From NCBI GenBank assembly GCA_051294905.1, contig CM119383.1, positions 22,196,001 to 22,260,000 of the forward strand: 64,000 nucleotides of DNA, in the 5' to 3' direction. This document shows positions 49,146-59,802 of the stretch, in pieces. Each line of letters opens with the position of its first letter. Positions within the stretch are counted from its first letter, which is position 1. The position numbers and the translations under genes were made by a program. Origin of the DNA: Botryllus schlosseri (lineage: Eukaryota). The notes below the pieces were generated by a model. It was not told where the DNA came from and did not search any database. It worked only from the letters and a program-made list of their open reading frames with translations.

Positions 49146-50041
49146 ATGGCTAGCTCTGTGACTGAAACTGACGACGGCAAAGTTGCTGTAAATGTGGAAC
49201 GTGAAGGTGCGGTGGCATGGTATCAGCAATTTCCAAAAGACTTTCTTCGGATGTATGGTCGATCGGTACAACGGGAAGACATAACCGATGACAAGTTTGA
49301 TGCAAGGCTTCATACCTTTAACTGTGAATGGTTGTCAAGGCCATGTGTAGCGATGTCTCAATTTATCGAAACTTTGGCCAGCAATCATGATTTCGGAAAA
49401 CCGCTAAAGGAATTGCTCAACAATGCGTCATATGATACCTACCAGGTACATCTTGGACACATACTAAGTCAGGTTCAGCCGCTGTGGGTTAGTCCGGCTA
49501 ATCCCGAAAACGAAGTGACTCTAAGCCTTGCTGATGTTCACGAACGGAAAACAACCTGGATCAAGTACTTGACTACGAGAATTCACCGTTTTTTCAACGG
49601 TACATCGAAGTTATGATCGAAGCCGGGAATGCATTATATCTGAACGGCATTCACCTTTTGGCACCGAGTTTCCTACTGCGAAACAAAAACAAGTGGGCAG
49701 GTAAGCTTAGGGCCCATATCGACAACGAAGAGTTTAAAGGAAATGCAACCACTGAAAACCTTGCAAAAAACTTGTATCGTGGATATGTCATTCGTAAAGG
49801 CATGAATGACACAACGCTTGTGTCTCCTGAACACTCCGCATCGGCTACGGTTACTTCTCCCGTCCGGAATGCGGCTGAAACCTTTCCGGTTCCGATACTG
49901 GTTCGTTCTGATACAGAGCCGATCGAAGATGCTATTCAAACTGCTTCATGCGACCAAGCCAATGCGCAGCATGATCCGGCTCCTCAAAATACCGTCCAGA
50001 CACCGAGCCAGTTGCTGGAACTTCTGTTACAAAGAAAATGA
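49146..50041 (+). pseudogene. Family C paralog C3 (divergent), 1-nt frameshift near 49550
   Basis: WYQQFPKDFLRMYGRSV, NCEWLSRP, LWVSPANP. After the shift it reads LDQVLDYENSPFFQRYIEVMIEAG, matching LESLMIQQKSSFLDRYIDVMIDCG. Confidence 0.85.
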
Positions 50042-50444
50042 AAGGCGACACCTCAACGCAACCTCAACCTTCAACGCAAAAATCATAAAATAGTCACACA
50101 GACTGATGGCATACAATGTATTGCCTGTTTTACTTAGTGTTCTTTGTTTTTTCGTCGTATGTGGTGGCTTTGTTGTAATGGCGTATGCTTCTTGCTTGTT
50201 CTTCCGTTGCATGTTCTGGCTTTGCTGTAATCTCTGATGCAAAATCTTCTTTCGGAAAACAACGATGGCACGCTTATTTCTAGATAATCGTGTGTTCCCG
50301 TTAATTCCAGTTTCGTTCATTTCACTTAAATATCCATATCCATGTCGTATATTCTTTGGGCTGTCATTTCTCGTTGCATGTTTCTTCTTTATCGTAACCT
50401 TTGTCATTAGTTTTCGAACGTTGAATAATTCAATTTTATGATTC

Positions 50445-51459
50445 GTTGTCCATATTAATAGCGCTCATTTTCTTTCCAGAAAAAATACATATGTCTACTT
50501 TTAAATATTGTAATGTCGTGTTTGACTTACCACGAACTCCACATGTACGCCAACGCGAAAAGTTTTCTGACATTCAACTCTCGAAAACTGCCAACGACGA
50601 AATCGTGTCAAAAGAGTTTCACGAACGGTATGTACATCATTTTCAATTCGATTCGCCACATTTCCTACTCGTATTTATTTCAATATACAGGTTTTCACAA
50701 CGCCTGCTGATGGCGGCGAATTTTGAAGCGGAGGGAAACAAAAAATACTCGTTATCACGACGTCCGCTGATGGCGGCGAACTTCGACGCGGACACAAAAA
50801 CAAAATAGTTTTTTGCATATTTTCATCCTTTCCAATAACTTCTTCGTTTTTAATACATCGTTTTCATTGTGCCCATGTTTCTCGTAATTCTTTGTCTGGA
50901 TGCGTCGAATTAGACTGTAGTGTTGAGAAGGTAACAACGTTATCGGAAACTTAGTGGCAGGATAACGTCTTATTATAGCTATCGTGCCCTAAAGTTTTGC
51001 ATATCGTGTTACAGAGTTATAATTAGGGTTACAGTTACTGACATAATTTCAAACCAAGTATGCAGATGTCATATAACTTCGTGCAAAAGCGATATGGACG
51101 ACGAAGTTATACGTATTGATTCACCAAAAATTACGAAGTTTACAATTCAGGTGTGACGTGAACAGTATCGCCAATATGTGGAAAATTCAGCGCAGCATAG
51201 TTCAAATTACACCCATACGACGCCGAAATTTTCCATATTGAGACCCGCATTTCTCATGGGAAGTTCGTCGACTTCGGTGCGATCGATCAAATTATACTAG
51301 GAGTAGCGTATCGTGTCTTAGTAGTAAACTACGCGATGCGAGCGTCCTGTAAGTCTGCCATGGGATGTAGTTCGACGATTGGGTGCCACAAACAGGCACA
51401 AACAGCACCTCGGGCGGGCTGGGCGTGGTTGTGACGTCATAATGAGTAGAATCCGTTAT
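50445..51459. repeat. Second copy of the ~1-kb block at 35440-36454
   Basis: Direct sequence match. Confidence 0.92.
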
Positions 51460-52613
51460 ACTTCATAACTTTTCTGCCTCCGTCATGTTCCCGAATAGGT
51501 AAGCGACTTCGTTTTGGTGGCGTTGGAAAGGTATCGAAAATACACAACGATACGTATTTTGAACCGAAACGGTACCGCCACCCAGTGGCGAGTAATCTTA
51601 TGAAATGTTTCGAACGCTATTGTGGCCTTGTCTGACTAGGTAGCGCGCCATATTCACGTCACATTTTATCGACCACGTGACTTACGTAAACTGTTTTGGT
51701 ATCGTTGGACTTACGTATATTGTTTTGGTATCGTTGGAAAGGTTTCGATAACTTCTCCTCCGAAACCTGCCGCCAAGAAGACCACCAAGAGTGCCAAAAT
51801 TCGTCACACTTTGCCGTCGGTGTCTCACGATGAAATCCAAGAAATTATGGATGGCGCAGCCGGTAGACGCATTCTCGGCGTTTTAGAGTTATCATCGCCT
51901 CACCACTCGCCGCTATGCCAGGTGTCACGCCTTTGAGCACGCACGCTCTTCACGAGCAAGGAAACGAGCGTCACACCCTTCGTGTCTGAAATCTTGACGA
52001 AGAGCAGCCACTCGTGACTACCTGCATATCGTCCGAGTGCCACACCCATCGTGACAAAAAACTTGATGAAAATAGAGGTCACGACTAGCCGCCGTAGCGA
52101 CCAGTCGTGACCTCCTGCATCCCGCTCAAGTAGCGACCAGTGGGAACCTCCAGCATGTATCGACCCGACCCGTGCAAGTACCAAGCGTGCAGGATTGGCT
52201 AAAACAAGAAGATATCCCACCACTAGGGGTCGGTTCGTCGGGCGGGGCTTTGCATCACGCTGCAGTAGCACCTCTCGTCCCTGTGGTAAATTTTTTGACC
52301 TACCCTCAGAACACTTTAATGAGACCTGGAGGGACGGCAAACTGGTAAGTCTGCCTGGAGGATATTTGACATTGAAACGGTATGAGTACATGAAGACATG
52401 GACAACGAAGGAAATCCAGAACCACAATGAAAACTAGTTCAAATAAAGAATAAGTACCTATCATCACTAATAACAATTAACAGTTAAAGAACGAGTTAGG
52501 CCGAGGTGGGTATCGCATGGAACAGGAGACAAAGGAGAATTTTAAAACTTCGAACAGAAAGGCCTGCAATTACATCCCGCAGACAATGTAATGTGGACAA
52601 AAGATATTTAGAC

Positions 52614-55600
52614 CAGGGATCTCCAACACGCGAGGTCATGTTTTGCGGCCCGTGGACTGATTTGAAATTGCGGAAGAACGCTTATTAATGCATTTCGAAA
52701 TGCTGAAATTGATTTCAGTTTAAACATTGTTTTTTCAAAGTAAGGTAATCCCATGTGTCCAATATCATTCCTCACTAGCTGATACGGCTTCCGCAATGGT
52801 AACAACATTCTATAGAGCAGGGGTCACCAACACCCGGCCCGCGGGCCGCATGCGGCCCGTGAGGTCATATTTTGCGGCCCGCGGCCGGATTTGGAGAAAT
52901 GTTGGAAGAACGCTCAGCGAACCATGCCGAAATTGATTTCAGTTTAAACATATTGTTGTTGTTGTTCAAAGTAAGCCATGTTACTGTGCCCAATATCACT
53001 GTTCCTTCGGTTCGGCATGGTAATATCATTCTATGCTGGAGGAATAATTTGCTGATATGAATGCGCATAATACCTTGGCGTGCAATGGCCAACCACTGCC
53101 AAGACCGGGAGGCTTGATAAACGACTTCGGGCTCTACAAGAGACCATGCTTTACGGGTAGATAGTTTTCCAGCAAATAGGCTACCTTGCCTATAACTAAC
53201 CCCAATATCGATTCTTTAATCCCGGGGCGGCCAATCTGCGGCAGTAGAAGAAAAATTATGCGGTCGTCGACACTCAATTCAATTAGGATGTGTTAGCGGC
53301 TGTCAATATTATGCGAATTTAATTTACGAATTGACTTCCTAATCGCGCGTCAATGCGAGTTCATTTTTGATATTAATATAGCAGTGTCCATTGTAATCTG
53401 AGCCCCACCGTACAGATGCGAACAGCAGAGAAAAATTATGCGCCCAATAAAGAAATAACAATTTGTAATCGTGTTCGCATCACGAAGGAAACTTGTTTCG
53501 GGAAGGTATGCGTTTGGGTGAATAAAACATTTCCACTATAGCGACAACCCTGATGGGAGGTCAATAAATAACAGTTGGTCCACTCAAAGATGCAGCACAG
53601 AACTATGAACTTCCTTAAGTTATCGAAGACACCCCCAGCGTAAACTCTACCGGTTAATCTGATCACACAGGCCGAGAAAGGATAAACATTCGATAGTAAC
53701 ATGTGAAACTCCGCGCGACTACTGTGTGGGAATCCCCGTTGCTCATCTTCACAACATGACTGTATTCACGATCTCGGTGCCCATAGTAAGCCGATATGAG
53801 TAAATTGATTTGTCCGGATTGTACCAGCAATGGACATGAGTTTAATGTAGATATTTGGCCCCAGCTTGTTTATTACCACTATGCACCGGAATGCGGCCGC
53901 GGGCTACATGAGTAATCGAAATGCGACCGTGAATAGCAAAAAGGTTGTCCACCCCTGTTTTGGTTGCTACACAGAGGTTGTCAGGTATCGTGCGCAGCTC
54001 ATCGTTCAAAATATAATGAATTTGAGGAGCATGATATTTTTTTGTATTTGCGTTTGTTCAATAAAATATCATTCATTTTGTGGTGACTATGCCCGTCACC
54101 CATGTAAGAGAGCATTGTACTTACGCAGAGTTATCAAACGCAGAGTTATCACACGTGATTGATAAGCTGCGTTGTGTTAATCTCGATATTGAAGTCATGC
54201 GGCCCGCGGCCTCTAGGAATTTTGAAAAGTGGCCCGCGACCCATTTTGAGTTGGCGATCCCTGCTATAGAGGAAGAATTTGCTGATATGAATGGGCATAT
54301 TGCCTTACGTGGAATGGCCCACCACTGATGACCGATTCTTAAAAAACGACTTCGGGCTCCCCCGAAGACCGAGCTTTACAAGGAGATAAGTTTTCCAGCA
54401 GATTCCGTTTTCCAGCAAATCCCGTGTTTAGCTAACCTCGCCGCTATCGATTCTCTAGTTCACGGGTGGCCGATCTGCGGCACTAAATTCGATTGAGATG
54501 TTTTGGCTGCAGTCAATATGCAAATTGAGTTTACGAATTCACTGCCTAATCAATTAGAGGTCTGGAGTATTCTTGAAATTTTCTTTGCGCTACGCGCGGT
54601 TCAACCCGAGTGGAACTTCGATTTTAATACAGTGTCGTGTCTGAGCCCCACAGTTCATATGCGAACATCAGAGGAAATGATGGCCCCATAAAGAAATAAC
54701 AATTTGTAATCGTGTTCGCATCACGAAGGAAACTTGTTTCTGGAAGGTATGCGTTTGGGTGAATAAAACATTTCCACTATAGCGACAACCCTGATGGGAG
54801 GTCAATAAATAACAGTTGGTCCACCCAAAGATGCAGCACAGAACTATGAACTTCCTTAAGTTATCGAAGACACCCCCAGCGTAAACTCTACCGGTTAATC
54901 TGATCACACAGGCCGAGAAAGGATAAACATTCGATAGTAACATGTGAAACTATACTGTAAAATGAGTAAAATGTGAAACTGGAGTAACATGTCAAACTAT
55001 ACTGTAAAATGAGAAACTACATTGATACTAATATGACGAAATTCACTCATGAAGACGAAAAAATTCTCGCGCTTGGCGCGACTAGAAAACGAACCCCCAT
55101 GGCTAATTATAGCATGACAATGTACGATTTGCGTGCTCATAGTAGATAGTATAAATAGATCAGTCGGGACGGACACATACATTAAGCCCATTTACATGGC
55201 CGTTTGGGTCAGCTTCTCGTTTTTGAAAAAGAGAAAAAGGCAGACGGCTTCAATCCGTCTTGAGAGCTCAATCCGTTCCGCAGAGTCGCTTGGAGACGGC
55301 TTGAACAGTACCGGTACTTGAAAACGAATCCAGACTACAGCAACATACCAACATTTCATGTTCATATTTCACGAAACCGGCACGTATTTCAACTGGGTGA
55401 ATGTGAAAGCTCTATCAGTACATGATACTGCTTTTATAATATGCACGTGGTCTTATTTGTTCAGCGTCACAACTTATGAAGCGAGTACAGCCAACAATAT
55501 AACTTACCCAACTCACTGACAGAAAGAATATATATACGGTGTATTTGGTCAATCTAGAACTGTGTTGAAGGATTTCTGGATATTTCAACTTCCGTAGCAT

Positions 55601-58049
55601 ATTCCCGAGCTGAATCCCAAAGTGCTGTGTATCACTCGAGATGCGATAAACATGACCATGTAATTCGATCACTTTGGCAAGCCGTCTCATGACGTCACTC
55701 CAAGACGACTTGGCTTCAAGACGACTTGACCATGTAAATGGGCTTAATGACAGTTTAACGTAGGTATTCAGCTTCCAGTCAACTAATTACGACTATGCAC
55801 TGGAATACGGTTGTAGGCTACTGCACTGGAATGCGGCTGTAGGCTACATACATAAGTAATTGAAATGCGACCACGAATAGCAAAAAGGTTGGCCACGAGC
55901 ACGCCTGATTCAATTGCTGCCGAGTGGTTGTTGTCAGGTATCGTGCGCAGCTCATGGTTCAAAATAGAATAACAGTGACGTTCAAAATAGAATGACAGTG
56001 ACGATCACGATATTAGATCACGATATTAAAGTATTTTTTGTTGTATTTGTATTTCTTCAATAAAATAATTTTTGTTGTATTTATATTTCTTTTGTGGTAA
56101 CTGTGCGCGTCGCACATGTTAGAGAGCATAGCGTTTTACTGACGTAAATGGGGTGATAACTTCTTGAATGTAATCGATTGCGATTACGATTACCTTTGAA
56201 TGACACGATTACGATCACGATTACAGCAAAATCAAGAAGTAGTCGACTACGATTACATTGGAAAAGTAATCACGATTACATTTATTTGGCATCTTAAAAA
56301 TTATATTGGAAGACAATATATGGATTGCGCTGAAAGGCGTAATGTGATAAAAACAACTTTCTTTAAAAAAGATGCGACATTTGTTTGTTACGTCATAAAG
56401 TACCCGGACGTAACAGTTGCCCATTTTATAGAGGACAATTTATCGCACCCAACGATTTGCATTCTTGCTAGGTCCACAACTGCCGCACCCCAAATTTCCA
56501 AATAAGGTTGGGGAGCGGGCTCGAAGGGGACTCAAAAACATTACGTAAACCAACACAAATTAGAGACATTTTTGAAAGATTTCATGAACTTGAAAATTGT
56601 CTACGAGCATCGCGACTTAAATTTCTCTTTATAGCTTGATTTTGAAATACATACGTCTCCTCAAGAAAAAAAGCATGCATAATTTATAGTAACAGGCATT
56701 TAGGTGCCAGTCAATACCGCGCGACGACACACCAAAAGACATATGCAGTTCCGGCAAACATGCAAATCCACGAAGTGTGCTACTAATGAAGACATTGGCC
56801 GAACTTTGGGTATGTGTCCATTGTCAATAACCGCGCTGGGTGGGCGTGACTAATAATCTGGTCCTTACAACGTGAGCCCACAATGCAAATGCCACCCGGG
56901 CACCCACAGAGCATTAAGGACATGGCAATTTGTGTGTGCGCCTCACGCAAGTATCTCTTTTAATCTGCTATGTTTGGGCCACTACAATATCTTTTAATTA
57001 TATAACAGACCGGAGGTCACGAATTAACAACATACCCATATAGTAATTATTACAAGATACCAGATGTTATAATTATGAATTACGTGCCCCCAGCTCTTCA
57101 GGTAAATATGGCTATAGGGGGCTGAGAGAGGATTAAAAAAATGAATAGTAAGATAATGCAATTACCAATATTATTGACGAAAATAAATCTTCAACTTGAA
57201 AATGTACTACCCTATGGGGGCATAAAATTCTGCCTTCAACTTAATACAGATAATGTAACGCAAGCGGCCATTACGAGAAACGGCTCGGTTATGATATATA
57301 TCAGCAGCTGCTGATTTTTAATGCTTCGTCGTGGAAACCGTTGTTTTATTTGACGAGTACGCCTACAAAATTTCAAACCTTTGTCCGGTGTACGTTCGTA
57401 CTACATAGGCCTACTGCTCGCCAAGCAGCATCGGTCAAACTGTGTTCAACTAAGCATAACCAACATCCATACAAAAGTTACTATTTTAAACTAGCAGAGT
57501 GGTGATTAATTATCCTACCGCGAGGTAGTGGCGTCTGGAATATATTGATAAACTGATATACCGCACGGTGAGTGCTCTTACGATCACACTAATGTACATC
57601 TAATATTTATTCACTATGTGTGGATAGCTGGATACTTCTTACTTACGCAATCACGAGCAAAGCTAATTGGCCACTTCTGACGTAATAATGAGCAGTTGCA
57701 TTTGAAAATCTGACGTTGGTGCTATCACTAACTGGTATAATCCTTGTTCACGAATGTTCAGTTTGTGTCATAGTCCTGTACAAATAAAAAGTAATCGTTC
57801 TTTCACAAAGAAATCGATTAAATATGGGAAGTAGTCGATTACGATTACTTCGGAATTTTCTCGAATGTATCGATTGCGATTACGATTACTTGAAAATGCT
57901 GTAATCGTCGTAATCGATTACGATTACTAATCGCGATTACCCCATGTCTGATCAGGACTGTGTTGCCTATTTTGATCTCAATATATAAGTCATGCGGCCC
58001 GCGGCCTCTTCTAAAGTGGCCCGCGACCAGTTGGAGTTGACAACCCCTG
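52614..58049. mobile_element. Older hAT-type non-autonomous element hosting a younger relative
   Basis: Ends CAGGGATCTCCAAC / GTTGACAACCCCTG; degenerate TSD ATTTAGAC / CCTTAGAC (6 of 8); internal sequence paralogous to the nested element. Confidence 0.55.
52818..54263. mobile_element. hAT-type non-autonomous element (same insertion as 7983-9530)
   Basis: Same TIRs and the same TSD CTATAGAG (52810-52817, 54264-54271). Confidence 0.85.
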
Positions 58050-58314
58050 CCTTAGACCTTTGCCCATGTATTAGGATTAAATGTACTTGGACATTATGCC
58101 TTCCTTTTCATGCTTTTTCATAAAACGACTAAACAGTATTATATACCCCCTCTATATTGTTTGCGTAGCGTACTCCAATTCTAATTTGAACCTAACCCTC
58201 ACCGTTTGCCTCTTGTTCTACAGACGTTCATGTAATTGCGACCAGAAAATGAGTATACCAAGAAGTCCGAATACGAAAAGCTCCTCAAGGAATCGAAGAA
58301 ACTGCGGTAGATTA

Positions 58315-58930
58315 GTGCCAACAATTTCTCTAAAGACCACATACGTCCGACCGATTAGGCCGTTAGAGATTTTGTGACGACGTGATCACAGGAAGACTGC
58401 AGAATTTCAGCAGTGAATGGCTGACCACTGACCAGGCCCAGCCCGGCGGTTTCCGAGTTTGCGGAAACTCTACTCCGTAATTTCGATGAATCAGCAGGTA
58501 TGACCAACCCGATGGATCCACGCGGACAGGCTTGTCAGGACCATCTGAAGTCTATGAACGAGGTGGCGCCGATCTGGGTTAACCTAGTTAACCCGTCAAG
58601 CGAGATATCCCTAACGAACGAACGCTGAGGTAGTCAGCAGAATGGAACGTCTCGTCTCGAACAGATGTAAAATGTCGATCGATATCTACTCTTGTAATCT
58701 TACGAGGAAAGTATAGAGGTTGCAACGTTGTGGCGTTTCTTGTTCAAAAACAAGTATATTTAGTCACTACGAATGCGCACAGATCCGGATCACGTGGACT
58801 TCAAAAGAATGGAAGGGGTACCGACTACGGTAACATGATTTGCAAGGCTACCTGGCGAAGAAGGGTTATAATGTGAGCCCTCGCGTAGCACCTGTCAGGC
58901 GCCGCATTTTCAATTTACTGGATAATTCTG
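58315..58930 (+). pseudogene. Old decayed family C gene (C5)
   Basis: Fragments FSKDHIRP, LQNFSSEWLT, AVSEFAETLLRN, MDPR, NEVAPIWV..NP, DPDHVDFK, GYLAKKGYN...RRRI. Confidence 0.85.
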
Positions 58931-59199
58931 AGATATCGAGGCCGTCATGGTGGCACGAACATGGCTCAGCGGCCTTTGTCTGCGGTTCGAAGGTAGTTGA
59001 ATTGGGTGAAAATGCATCCCGACTATCGATACCTGCAGAGGCACCCGACCCGCGGCCGTTGCTGTCCCGCAATGTCCCTTTGTCTATCGCCTCTTGCACA
59101 CGGACTATCGTTTCAGAGACAATCCCTCATTTCTTTCGTTGCTATTTAATACATTCTTTCATCCAAAAAGTCAGCCTAGACAGATGAGATTGTGTGCTC

Positions 59200-59450
59200 G
59201 AATAACATCCCAAGGTAACCAGCAAAGTTCATTAGACCTTTTGAGTGCGGAGGATTATCCAAGCGTGCACAGAGCGATCCAGGTCATCCTGACCGCCAGC
59301 CTCAAGACCAGGCTACGCAAAACAATGACTTGCGATTGCCCCTCAGATTTATGTGTGCTTTGTTGCCATCGCGAAAGGATTAGGTTTGCTTTATTGCTAT
59401 CGCGATACGATAGACAAGTTGAGACTAGATCGATCTTGGTTGTAACGAAC
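59200..59450 (+). pseudogene. Possible decayed family D gene
   Basis: SSLDLLSAEDY resembles D SSRLLLSPDDV, with weaker downstream similarity; positioned right after C5, as D follows C1. Confidence 0.4.
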
Positions 59451-59802
59451 ATGGCTGGCGCGAGGCGGCGAATAGAGTTGCAATCGTGATGTTGTCAATT
59501 TTCAATTAGTTATTATATTTGTTTTTGTTGATATTTCTTTCCAAATCATTCATTATATTCATGTTTTTGTTGAAATTTTCTTTTCAAATCTATAAGGATA
59601 TATCTATATCTAAAAGAGGTTCACCATTTTTTCAAGAACTCGTCAACCGAACTTGGAAACGTCTGGAGCTGACTATTTGTCCACAGACTTGCAAGTAGAA
59701 CGGACGCTCCCCTCAGTAATTTTTTATTCGGCGTCTACCCTTGGCCAGCACAGGCGTCAGTAATCGTGTTCTCATGTTACGGAAATCGTATGTTTCACGA
59801 TG

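Larger units (their letters stand above)
38385..51459 (+). mobile_element. Large multi-gene Helitron-like element, most complete copy (termini not defined)
   Basis: Co-oriented A3-B-C1-D-C2-RepHel-C3 cluster; repeated at 1-7915; same gene adjacencies in older decayed copies. Confidence 0.7.

Noticed and set aside
38385-51459. Canonical Helitron termini (5' TC, 3' hairpin plus CTRR)
   Set aside because: I could not identify convincing ends by eye; boundaries are left open.
56148-57945. Possible further MITE bounded by ATGGGGTGA / TTACCCCAT with GATTAC repeats
   Set aside because: The inverted repeats are short and imperfect and no TSD was found; not supportable as a feature.
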